A stretch of DNA of 54,556 nucleotides from IMG/VR virus record IMGVR_UViG_3300032250_000707, positions 1 to 54,556 of that record. One strand, written 5' to 3'. The notes below the pieces were generated by a model, which saw only the letters and a program-made list of their open reading frames with translations, was not told where the DNA came from and did no database searches. Shown piece after piece: positions 17,501 through 25,339 of the stretch (the stretch's first letter is position 1; each line of letters opens with the position of its first letter). Made by a program: the position numbers and the translations under genes. The stretch is from a virus. Its lineage: Duplodnaviria > Caudoviricetes.

Positions 17501-20436
17501 ATACGCCATTTTTCAGGAATTGATCCTGCAGATGCTTTGTCTCGAAAAAGCGCATGGCCGAGCGCGCCATAGCCAGCCCCCAGGACTCCAGGAATCGCTG
17601 AGTTAATGGCGGTTTGCCTTGCAGCGGGCCTGAGAGGTCCGTTCTTCAGAAGCTCCTCGTCTTTTTTTTGCAGCTTTGGGTTTTTTTCAAAATGTTTAGC
17701 CGTATTGAACTGAGCTGAGAGCCTCACCAGCCGACCGAGCCATCCCTTGCGGAAGTTTCCGGCAGCCTGCTCGCCATGGGCCAAGACGGCGCGGATCGCC
17801 TTGGCGGTGGGAGTGACCTCATCGGCAGCTTTTCCGACCTTGAGCCCAGCATGAAGGACCCCGCCACCGGCGGCGAGCGCCCCGGCCGCGATGGCCCCAT
17901 CGCGTAGCTTCTCGGAGCCGGAACGCTCGCGACGATCAGCGGAGAATTCCTTGCCGGGGTTGGCCTGCTTCCAGACCGCATGAGTGCGGCGGACGGCTTC
18001 CTTCTCCCCCTTGGTGAGGTTGGGATTGCGGGCGAGGTTCTGGAAGCTGGCATTGCCTGCGCGATAGCGATCCTTGGCAGCCACCTTGGCAGCCTTGGCC
18101 CCCTCCGCGGCGCGAGCCTCCCCTGCCACACGGGCGTTGCGGCGGGCGGTGGCGATCTTGCTGGCCGTGGAGCGCTTGATGGCGAGCTTTTCAGCTTCCC
18201 CTACCGTGCCGCGCAATCCGCGGGCGCCCAGAGCAAGACCCGCGGCGAGGCCCGTGGAGAGAATGCCGGTCTTGAGGAGTTCGTGACGCTCCTCCTCGGG
18301 AGTCCGGGAGAAGAGTTTGATGCCGCCCAGGAGAGCGGAGCAGTTCCAGCGCTTGAGAGCCGCACCCTTGGGGGTGAGTTTGCCATCCTTGGAAGTGGGG
18401 CCGTGGACGCCGCCCATGCGGGCACAAAAGGAATCGCGCCGCTTGGCCGCCTTGCTTCCCGGCTTCAGCTCGGAGGGTTTTTCGGTGACGGGGCGCTGCA
18501 GATGCGATCCGTTCTCCCTGTTGTATTTCTCGCGGAAAGAGTCGTTGAGGCCGCCGGTGCGGGCATGGCGCTTGGCAGAGTAGCGCAGGAAAGGTTTCTC
18601 GAACTGCTTCATGCCCTGTTCCCGGGCGGTCAACTCTTCAAACCATTTGGTGAGCCCGAGGTTCTTTTTACCTGCAACCGTACTCGCAATGGTGCCTTTG
18701 ACCAGCTTGGCGATCCGTCGAGAGGCAGGGAGATGCTTGGCGGGAGATTTTCGTCCAAAAAGCTGTTTCCGGTAGGCCACGAGTTCCTCACCGGCCAACT
18801 TGGAAACCGTATCAGGAGCACCCCCTCGGCGCTGCTGGAGGAGGCTATGGACTATTTCGTGTCGCCGCAGCGCTTTGCGCGCCACTTGGTAAGGATCGGG
18901 AACAACGTCTCGAGAACCTCCCCCCAGGTGGGATCGAAGTGTTCCATTTCCCCCGGAATACGAGCGGATAATTTTTCCAAGGCGAGACCACTCGGGAGGG
19001 CGGATTCCTTTGGAAGGAATGGTGATCCTGCCCCCACGCTCGAGCTTGGAAACGCCGACATCGGATTTTCCCTGGGATCGATATTGCCTTTCAACGGATT
19101 GCCCTCCGGACTGGGACTCTTTTTCATGTTTCTTGAGAAGACCTCCCGCAGAAGTGTGGTCAGCGAGGCGATTGGAGTCGTGATGAACGGCGACATAAGG
19201 CGTAGAATACCCCTCCGGTATCAGCCCTGCAAAATCTTTTGTTGCGGCGGGATTGTGGCCCAACGCTTTGAGCTGCTGGCCACGGAAAGGCTGTTTCATG
19301 TGACCCATGCGGCCCGGATGGGAGAGCGAGAGCCACTCCTTGAACTGCTCGATCGTGCAGGTGGAGACAGGGCCGAGCTTCCAGTCCTTGGGGTAATGGG
19401 AGAGGTAGAGCCTCTCCGCCTGCTCGCGCGTGTCGCACCCCAGGATGAACTTGGTCTCGTCAAAGGACTCTCCCTTGTGCTGATCGATGGCAACCACGAG
19501 CTGGCTGCGATGCGATGGACCCAGGAAGACATCGACCTGATCGCCATCCTTCCCCTTGGTGCGAGGGATGTAGCCGTAGTCGGCGTGCATCTCATTGCCC
19601 CAAGGCTTGCCGTCATCATCCACGCCGCGCCGGATGCTGCCCCGGGGATTTTCCAGGGTGACCGGGATGCCCTGAAAGCTCAGGGATCCCTTGCGGTAGT
19701 TGCCCGCCTTTTTCTGGCCCTCGGTCGGGTTGCGATCCGTGCGGTTGCGCGCCTCATCGAGCGCGGCCTGATAGTCTGCCCGCTCAAACCATTTGGTGAT
19801 GTATCCCTTGTCGACCTGATATTTGGTGCTGCGATAGGCGCCGCGGATCGCGCTTTTGATCCGGTCGGCAAGCGGACGGGATCTGTTTGGGGATTTTTTC
19901 CCGAGAAACTGATTTTTGTTTGCGGCTAACTCTTCGACAAAAGCCGAAGCAATACTCTTGGGAGGACCACCCCTTCTTTGCTGGAGAACGCTAGGGGTGA
20001 TCTCGTGCCTGCGGATGCCCTTCTGGGCATTGCGGACTAATACTCCATAGTCGGAACCCCCAGGCTCCGATCCCGCAGGTCGCGGGATGACATTTCGCAG
20101 GGAGCGCTCGGGCGGGAAGACAAGGAGCCCTCCGTCACGCAATCGCCGCTCGGCAAGCCCTCTTCTCTGCTCGAGAGTGGACGAGGGATGCTTAGGAACG
20201 ATGGCTGCTGCCCGCTCCTTGTAAATACTATCGACGGACTTGGGAGCATCCAATTCAGCATCCTTTTCATAAGCGGAACGAAGAGTGGTCGAGTGGGCAT
20301 AGGATCCAAGGGGTTCACCAGGGGGAGGAGGGCGGCGATCTACCGCCGGTCGAATGTATCCCTCGGGAATCATCCGGGCAAACTCTTTCAGCCACCCGAT
20401 CGCGTCGAGGGCATGCTCAAGACGGTCGGCACTCAT
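14566..20436 (-). CDS. Giant modular polyvalent/polyprotein-like virion protein (1956 aa): two zincin-like modules, InPase-like domain, DUF6321-like domain, many glycine-zipper modules
   Basis: ATGA-coupled to portal; NPTEGQKKAGNYRKG...ENPRG...DYGYI..T.G.DGD.VDVFLGP...FDE.K (InPase of polyvalent proteins); RRHEIVH...EE; GGLN...KAAKRRDSFCARM...ALKRWNC. Confidence 0.85.
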   Translation of the reverse strand: MSADRLEHALDAIGWLKEFARMIPEGYIRPAVDRRPPPPGEPLGSYAHSTTLRSAYEKDAELDAPKSVDSIYKERAAAIVPKHPSSTLEQRRGLAERRLRDGGLLVFPPERSLRNVIPRPAGSEPGGSDYGVLVRNAQKGIRRHEITPSVLQQRRGGPPKSIASAFVEELAANKNQFLGKKSPNRSRPLADRIKSAIRGAYRSTKYQVDKGYITKWFERADYQAALDEARNRTDRNPTEGQKKAGNYRKGSLSFQGIPVTLENPRGSIRRGVDDDGKPWGNEMHADYGYIPRTKGKDGDQVDVFLGPSHRSQLVVAIDQHKGESFDETKFILGCDTREQAERLYLSHYPKDWKLGPVSTCTIEQFKEWLSLSHPGRMGHMKQPFRGQQLKALGHNPAATKDFAGLIPEGYSTPYVAVHHDSNRLADHTSAGGLLKKHEKESQSGGQSVERQYRSQGKSDVGVSKLERGGRITIPSKGIRPPEWSRLGKIIRSYSGGNGTLRSHLGGGSRDVVPDPYQVARKALRRHEIVHSLLQQRRGGAPDTVSKLAGEELVAYRKQLFGRKSPAKHLPASRRIAKLVKGTIASTVAGKKNLGLTKWFEELTAREQGMKQFEKPFLRYSAKRHARTGGLNDSFREKYNRENGSHLQRPVTEKPSELKPGSKAAKRRDSFCARMGGVHGPTSKDGKLTPKGAALKRWNCSALLGGIKLFSRTPEEERHELLKTGILSTGLAAGLALGARGLRGTVGEAEKLAIKRSTASKIATARRNARVAGEARAAEGAKAAKVAAKDRYRAGNASFQNLARNPNLTKGEKEAVRRTHAVWKQANPGKEFSADRRERSGSEKLRDGAIAAGALAAGGGVLHAGLKVGKAADEVTPTAKAIRAVLAHGEQAAGNFRKGWLGRLVRLSAQFNTAKHFEKNPKLQKKDEELLKNGPLRPAARQTAINSAIPGVLGAGYGALGHALFRDKASAGSIPEKWRIHAAKSSRGKYALIGAAAAAAPSMAMAPMDYLHFKRRRDGLKKYPKSIGEQGKPGYTESYPQNHALPTLKAYFGKPKMFGRLEDEDTTLHKAGRMARTTAIGGLAGRVAAWHPVHGGRMNRGTLIGAGLGALAQGASEHIASAKTGIRGNRMKVTDESRRSVREIGKDAAFAGLAAAGISQRIKAQKDRTDDMVNQIKISMTGKADPQYAAKVQAKSRRAQGLEGETFIPRMPKFASIASKKSGDEIGGDLETKLARLARAAKGTPEGDVALRKLNVLRSKKGNTIFGKLGATMKGVPSFVRGFAKSKAPKTILGHLMADGRSMKTLNQKNFALRTEEDGIPYTGRVNRDRFVKQVNESDLDRRDRNMDRAAWGGTAAGWLTHGKGSTIKQRLIRAGLGAGAGVGGVLAIRAATNKKRDIYGDRPRWAKRAEALPAVAGVGLAGALVAKKAKLFARGDYVRKLAKARPSIHVIGDKAYEAVLKKDIPGYSSALPVPIDAAHRQVPVFRKVLAKHIKERLRASSPSKEFAIRDREDGSHQVLKAGISGAASGALLGGGTALLTRGKSIKSALRAAGIGAGAMGALAGGGTALGNKVLGNPDPSDRAAFTKRAAVGGALAGAAIGGLGAVALKKGMLGPKIAAGFSKGAKTWRPLHAIESSRAPVAAAVGAGAGALYGAHQGADEGMMVDAINNSRLAAAGQDDRTKKNLGRRIKGALKEFGYSSQLRERDSQRYVSPTRAALGLHGDLVDASGNAATLGTYQTARGFYNKAKGIHKWGGRATNLLRDTGDVMAGRGRRTDLAGRPQRREWEKSWFHRAVGTAATGAALLGGAALTAKTRLGQKHILPQVRKIDATARKHGISLFAAKLRKFKQFDLDAALAGWDVRDARGKSARVFAPGSRPRFRRQKEWHEKKENREALLKGAIVGTGLIGAAAGVAATRKLTGLPIIPKLAKKAASAPAPKIVPMSKKFAGWVPKQA

Positions 20437-22148
20437 TCCTCGGGAGGTTGCGGCACCGTGGTCTCCTCCGGCCTCGGAGCCGGGCGGGGCACCATCAGCT
20501 CGGCATCCTGCGGCGTGATGCCGTAGAGGGTCACCAAGGTGGCGATGGCTGCCTTGCGATCCATGGTCCCCTCCCCTGCCTGCTTGAGCACCTCGAGAAG
20601 CGGTTTGGTGTCCTCACCCGATGGGACGAGGCCCTGCGGCGGCGGCGAGGGTGGCGTATTCATGGCGGCGAGCGTCTGGGTCGGATTGGTCAGGCGGGAG
20701 GTAATCAGCTCGATAGGAACTCCGCTCTCGGCGGCCAGGCCCTGGTAGAACTTCACCTCGCTTGCAGCGCGGCGAGCCACGTCCTCGAAGTTGCCTCCGT
20801 TGTCGCTGATCAGGTCGCTCACGGTGATCACTCCGGCGTTGAGGAGCTGGAGCTTGGCCGTCACATCGTTGCCGTAGTCGCCGGTCAGGGTGGCTCCAAA
20901 TCCCCAACGGCCATTCCTCCAGTTGGGATGGAATGGGAGCTGACCCGTGGCGATGGCGCGCCCAAGGACGCGATCGCGCACGGGGCCAAGCGCCTGGGCG
21001 ACGAGCAGCTTCTGGAGACGGGCGATGGCGCGCGTAGCCTGGGCGATCTCCACACGGCCGGTATGGCCGGAGAGGGCGCTCATGTCGTAGAGGAAGCCGT
21101 AGGGCATGTTCAGAGGTTGGCAGATGGCCCGGACGGTCGCGCTGTAGAGCGCCATGAAGGCTCCGCTAGGGCGCATCGTTCCCGGGGCAAACTGCACTTT
21201 TTCCCCCTGGGTGAGGCGAAGCACCTTTCCGGCCTCCATGCTGATTTCCGAAGCACGGGAGGAGCTTGTGGAGGAGGCGGGCGCGTCGGTGGCATTCCAT
21301 GCGGAATCGCTTCCCGGCTTGTAGGGGTCGTCGGTGTAGATCATGCCCGCGTGGCCGACTTGCCACTTGGCAGCCATCATCTCGGCATCCGCGATCTCAT
21401 AAAGGTCCCGGGCTGGCGCCAGGGCGGCAGCCAGGGCGGTCACGCCGCGGTACTGATCCACCCTCCAGGGATCAAAGATGTGCAGGAAGCACTCCGCCGG
21501 GACATCGTGCTCGAAGGTCACGTTGGAGGTGATGCGGTCGCGCTTGTAGATCGAGTAGGAGAGAACGCGCCCCACCTCGTCGATATTGACGCCTCCAATG
21601 CAAAGCGGGTTGCCCGCGTCGGCCGGGTTGAGCACATTGCCGATGCGGTCCGACTCAATGGGCTGGATGCGGATCTGCCATTCCCCGTTCTCCTCGACAT
21701 CGACCATGTTCCATCCATGGTCGCCATCCACAAGGACGGCCGACTCAGCCATCCGAAGGAGCGCTCCGAGCTGATGGCGGCCCGTGACATCGGCCTTCTC
21801 GGCCCACTCCACCATGTAGTGGCTATACTCGCCGTCGGCCGTCTTATCCCCCGTGCTGGGAATGTAGAGGATGTCGTCGGTGGCGTACTGGACAATCCGC
21901 GCGACCATCCCCTGAAGAATGCCGAAATTACGGTGCAGGTCGCGTGCCTGCCACATCAGCTCGATGCGATCCCGACCGGCGCGCCAGCTCTCCGAGGAGG
22001 CATTTTTTTGACGGCCTCCGGATCCGCCGCGGCGGCGGCCGGGGGAGGCGGCATCGTAGGAGAAAAGCTTGAGGCGATCCCGGGCAATGGCGCGGTTAAG
22101 CGCCACGGAGGGGGCAACGGAGGCGATGGTTCGTTCCAGAAAATTCAT
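20433..22148 (-). CDS. Portal protein, lambda gpB family (571 aa)
   Basis: YDAA...ARDL.RN, VLVDGD, IESDRI, GV.ID..GR...Y, LHIFDP.R..QYRG motifs; follows gpW. Confidence 0.93.
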   Translation of the reverse strand: MNFLERTIASVAPSVALNRAIARDRLKLFSYDAASPGRRRGGSGGRQKNASSESWRAGRDRIELMWQARDLHRNFGILQGMVARIVQYATDDILYIPSTGDKTADGEYSHYMVEWAEKADVTGRHQLGALLRMAESAVLVDGDHGWNMVDVEENGEWQIRIQPIESDRIGNVLNPADAGNPLCIGGVNIDEVGRVLSYSIYKRDRITSNVTFEHDVPAECFLHIFDPWRVDQYRGVTALAAALAPARDLYEIADAEMMAAKWQVGHAGMIYTDDPYKPGSDSAWNATDAPASSTSSSRASEISMEAGKVLRLTQGEKVQFAPGTMRPSGAFMALYSATVRAICQPLNMPYGFLYDMSALSGHTGRVEIAQATRAIARLQKLLVAQALGPVRDRVLGRAIATGQLPFHPNWRNGRWGFGATLTGDYGNDVTAKLQLLNAGVITVSDLISDNGGNFEDVARRAASEVKFYQGLAAESGVPIELITSRLTNPTQTLAAMNTPPSPPPQGLVPSGEDTKPLLEVLKQAGEGTMDRKAAIATLVTLYGITPQDAELMVPRPAPRPEETTVPQPPEE

Positions 22149-22169
22149 GGGTTCAAAAAGGCAGGGGCG

Positions 22170-22424
22170 TTAGTTCCCGGGGCCAAAGTTGGAGAAATCA
22201 GGGAGCGCCACCGACGGACGCCTCGCCCCGATGGTGCGCTCGTTGCGGATGCGGATGGCCGCCTGGAGGCGGTCCTGCACCAGGCGCAGCTCCTTGGTGT
22301 AGCTCTTCTCCCCGCTGGTCTGCTGGGTGTAGAGTGTCGCCTCCCTCTTGAGGTTGGTGATCTCGGTTTCGATTTCCTCGGGCGTGTAGGCCCGGTAGAT
22401 TTCCATCCATTCGCTTGATGCCAT
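22170..22424 (-). CDS. Head-tail adaptor, gpW-like (84 aa)
   Basis: Helix-hairpin-helix pattern (YTQQTSGEKSYTKEL) directly upstream of portal; ATG 22424 is 16 nt after TTGAC. Confidence 0.75.
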   Translation of the reverse strand: MASSEWMEIYRAYTPEEIETEITNLKREATLYTQQTSGEKSYTKELRLVQDRLQAAIRIRNERTIGARRPSVALPDFSNFGPGN

Positions 22425-22713
22425 GACCCACTTGGCGACGGTCAACTCGCCTCCAGAGAGGCGAGTGGGAGCCGGGATCTAGGAGATCGGAGATGGGGAA
22501 AGCGGAGGAGGTTTAAGCCGTTGTTCGGCTGGGCTGTTAGCTCTCGACCATCGACTCTCGACCCTCGACCGATTGATTTAGCCTTGAGCCCTTCCTTGCA
22601 ATGTTAGTGCTTGCTTAAACGCAAAACCGACGGATGGTTAGTAGGCTCACCCATTTTTTTTACGGATGGATATTTAGTTATACATAACTATGTATATTAG
22701 CGTTTTTCCTGGG

Positions 22714-22843
22714 GGGTGAAGATTTCACGCTTAAACCCCTTATTATTAGAGATTGAAAAAAAAAGGGTTTGAAAGAGGGTTTGAAAGAGGGAATGAGGGT
22801 GAAGATTTCACGCTTAAACCCCTTATTATTAGAGATTGAAAAA
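22714..22843. repeat. 47-bp perfect direct repeat (22714-22760, 22797-22843) with tandem AGGGTTTGAAAG x2 in the spacer
   Basis: GGGTGAAGATTTCACGCTTAAACCCCTTATTATTAGAGATTGAAAAA read twice. Confidence 0.9.
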
Positions 22844-22891
22844 CGCTTTTTTGATTGATAAAAATCAAAAAAACGATCATTCTTTAATCCT

Positions 22892-23812
22892 ATGAAAAAC
22901 ACTACACAAGACACCGAAAATCAATCATTCATTCCCTTTTCCTCAGAGGTGGAAAGGCTTTTTATCATTGAAGGAAGGAAGCCAAAAAAGGAATGGATTA
23001 GAACACGGAAAAATCTTTTTTCCGTCAATGCTACATCCTCCCGCATCACTCATGCCGTCATTAGGAGGTTAAACGATGACGGCATGACGTGCGATCAACT
23101 GGAAACTTTAGGAAAAGCGGGGGCGCTTGGAGCAGGAGCAGGAAAGCGTCTTTCCATTCCCTCCCCTGCTAGCATTAAAAAAGCGAAGGCAAAGAAAAAG
23201 CTTACCCATGAAGAATTGCAGGATGTTGCGCAAACCGTGAATTTTCATTTTTTAAAGTACCCAAAAAGGGCACACCTGTTGGAAGTCTCCTTTCTTTCCG
23301 AAAAAGAAAGGGAAAGGGCCTCTGAAATCAAAAAGAAATTTGTATATAATATCTTTTCCGACGTTCGGAGAATGTTGGAAATTAACAACACAAAAGGCGA
23401 CGCCTCAAAGAGGATAAGCCTTGAAACGAAAATTTCAGAGGAGCAGAGCATTTCCGATATTCTCGACGCCTCAAAAAATGCGATGTTTTCAACAACTCAC
23501 CGAGACGACGGGAAGGAGGCAATTTCTAACCTTTACAAACTGGTTAGAGAAATGCGCGAAAGGGCATTCCTGGTTTACAGTAAAGACACTTCCCGGCAAA
23601 AGCTCCACAAACTGAAAAAGGCCCTATCAATGACAACTTGGATCTGGTGTAATGGATACACGGGAAGCAAGTTAAAATGTCCCGTGATTGACCGGAAAAG
23701 AGGCGATGACTCAACATTTCGCAAGGCAATGCAGCATTTCAGGGATTACATGCTTCATGGAAAGGAAATAAAATCTTTTCAGGATGCAGACTTTTTAGAG
23801 GCCCTTTCCTGA
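22892..23812 (+). CDS. AT-rich hypothetical protein, possibly a divergent sigma-factor-like/DNA-binding protein (306 aa)
   Basis: Clean ORF, K-rich; EELQDVAQTVNFHFLK and RISLETKISEEQSISDIL loosely resemble sigma regions 2 and 3.2 (weak). Confidence 0.6.
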   Translation: MKNTTQDTENQSFIPFSSEVERLFIIEGRKPKKEWIRTRKNLFSVNATSSRITHAVIRRLNDDGMTCDQLETLGKAGALGAGAGKRLSIPSPASIKKAKAKKKLTHEELQDVAQTVNFHFLKYPKRAHLLEVSFLSEKERERASEIKKKFVYNIFSDVRRMLEINNTKGDASKRISLETKISEEQSISDILDASKNAMFSTTHRDDGKEAISNLYKLVREMRERAFLVYSKDTSRQKLHKLKKALSMTTWIWCNGYTGSKLKCPVIDRKRGDDSTFRKAMQHFRDYMLHGKEIKSFQDADFLEALS

Positions 23813-23825
23813 TTTCATAGGAAGC

Positions 23826-23863
23826 AAAAAGCCCGCAAGGCGGAAACGCTTTGCGGGCTTTTT
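23826..23863. terminator. Bidirectional intrinsic terminator
   Basis: AAAAAGCCCGCAA-GGCGGAAACGCT-TTGCGGGCTTTTT just after the 22892..23812 stop. Confidence 0.85.
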
Positions 23864-24178
23864 CGTGGACGGATACGCCGTCCGCTAATTTCCCACCCCG
23901 GAAACCCCGGCACAGGGGAGGCCGATAAGTCCCAAGCCACCGGCACGCGCGTCACCTCAACCCCTGCACGGGGATTTTTTTTGCACGGGTCACGCCGTCC
24001 GCAATTTTCACCATGAGCACCAAGCAACTCTATCACCGCGTCCGAACGTCCCTCCTGGAGGGGCTCGCCCCATGCAGTGAGGAAGAGTTCCGACGCCGCT
24101 GCCGCATCCTGCATTACCTAACCCGCAGGATGGGCCGCCTAACAGCCTAACAGTCTTCAGCCTATCCACCTAACTCCC

Positions 24179-24613
24179 ATGACCAAACCGATCACCGTCA
24201 CTTTCGATGCAAAGAAGGTGAAGGGCGTCAATGGCAAGGCCCACCGCAAGGAGGGCAAGTGCCACTTCGAGTCCTTCTCCATCATTGATCCCGAACGACT
24301 CTGGGAGCGATCCGCGGGCATCTTCGAGGCCCCCGCCGCCATCGACCTTCGACTCTATGGCACCGGCTCCAGGAACTACGCCTGCATCTGGATCGCCAAG
24401 GAGCCGTGGGGATGGGCAAGCGGATCCGGTTGGGCGGGTGGCTGCGGCTACCACCGACCCAGCGCCGCCGCCGAGGAGGCCATCAACAATGCCGGATTCT
24501 CGATCAGCCAGAACATCGGCGGCGTCGGTGATGAGGCCGTCATCGAGACCCTCTTCGCCATCGCCAAGCTGATCGGCGTGAAGAAACCCATCCTCCACAA
24601 AGCCCACCCCTAA
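24179..24613 (+). CDS. Phage hypothetical protein (144 aa)
   Basis: GSG.AGG.GYH..SAA..EAI..AG motif familiar from phage early genes; first gene of a coupled chain. Confidence 0.75.
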   Translation: MTKPITVTFDAKKVKGVNGKAHRKEGKCHFESFSIIDPERLWERSAGIFEAPAAIDLRLYGTGSRNYACIWIAKEPWGWASGSGWAGGCGYHRPSAAAEEAINNAGFSISQNIGGVGDEAVIETLFAIAKLIGVKKPILHKAHP

Positions 24614-24816
24614 TGAGCGCCAGATACAAAATCATCCGTTTCTCCCACGGCCCCGCCGAGAACCGAGTCATCAAGACCGACCTAACCCTCGAAGAAGCCC
24701 AGGAGCATTGCGAGGATCCCGAGACCTCTTCACGAACCTGCTCCAAAGCAATGGCCGAGCAGGAAAAACGCGACCATGGATCCGACCTTTGGTTCGACGG
24801 CTACACCGAGCAATGA
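24613..24816 (+). CDS. Phage hypothetical protein (67 aa)
   Basis: YKIIRF...LTLEEAQEHC.DPETSS...WFDGY; TAATG coupling. Confidence 0.75.
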   Translation: MSARYKIIRFSHGPAENRVIKTDLTLEEAQEHCEDPETSSRTCSKAMAEQEKRDHGSDLWFDGYTEQ

Positions 24817-25007
24817 CCGCGCACCTCACCATCCCGGCTTCCCGCGAGGAGGCCGATCGGATCCGCACGGCCAGGGGATTTTGCTCCTTCAAGGACTGGG
24901 AGCGCAACATGCGCCAAGCCATCCAGACCAATAAAGCCCGAGGCCGAACCGAACTGGTCGAGGCCCTGGAACGGGAATTCTACCGCTACATCAAACCCAA
25001 CCTATGA
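24813..25007 (+). CDS. Hypothetical protein (64 aa, MTAHLTIP)
   Basis: ATGA overlaps at both ends. Confidence 0.6.
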   Translation: MTAHLTIPASREEADRIRTARGFCSFKDWERNMRQAIQTNKARGRTELVEALEREFYRYIKPNL

Positions 25008-25339
25008 CCGCCATGACTAAATCGCAGGAACTTTCGATCCTCGACGAGGCCATCAGCAAGCTCGGCACCGGGTCCTATCTCGGGCCATGGCTTCGCGAGG
25101 TGCGCGACGAGGTGGAGGGGATGATCCGCTCTGACATCTTTCCCACCGAGATTTCCATCGCGAGGACGAATGAACTCTGTGTCTCCAGGATCGAGACAGC
25201 CCATAAGCACTGCAAACAGCTCGGCGAGGATGCCCGCAAGGAAGCCGACCGCATCATTGAGACAGCCAACGATCAAGCAAGGTCCTCCCGAGCCTACGCC
25301 AGAAAATGCCTCAACGAAGCCATAGACCGAATCCAATGA
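25004..25339 (+). CDS. Hypothetical coiled-coil protein (111 aa)
   Basis: ATGA coupling. Confidence 0.7.
   Translation: MTAMTKSQELSILDEAISKLGTGSYLGPWLREVRDEVEGMIRSDIFPTEISIARTNELCVSRIETAHKHCKQLGEDARKEADRIIETANDQARSSRAYARKCLNEAIDRIQ

Noticed and set aside
17980-22418. Long plus-strand ORFs 17980..19929 (649 aa) and 20448..22418 (656 aa), and similar ones opposite the tape measure, protease and terL genes
   Set aside because: Antisense shadows of GC-rich genes that have clear motifs on the minus strand; no motifs of their own
22714-22843. Possible CRISPR mini-array (47-bp repeats, 36-bp spacer)
   Set aside because: Only two repeats, the spacer is itself a low-complexity tandem repeat, and no cas genes are present
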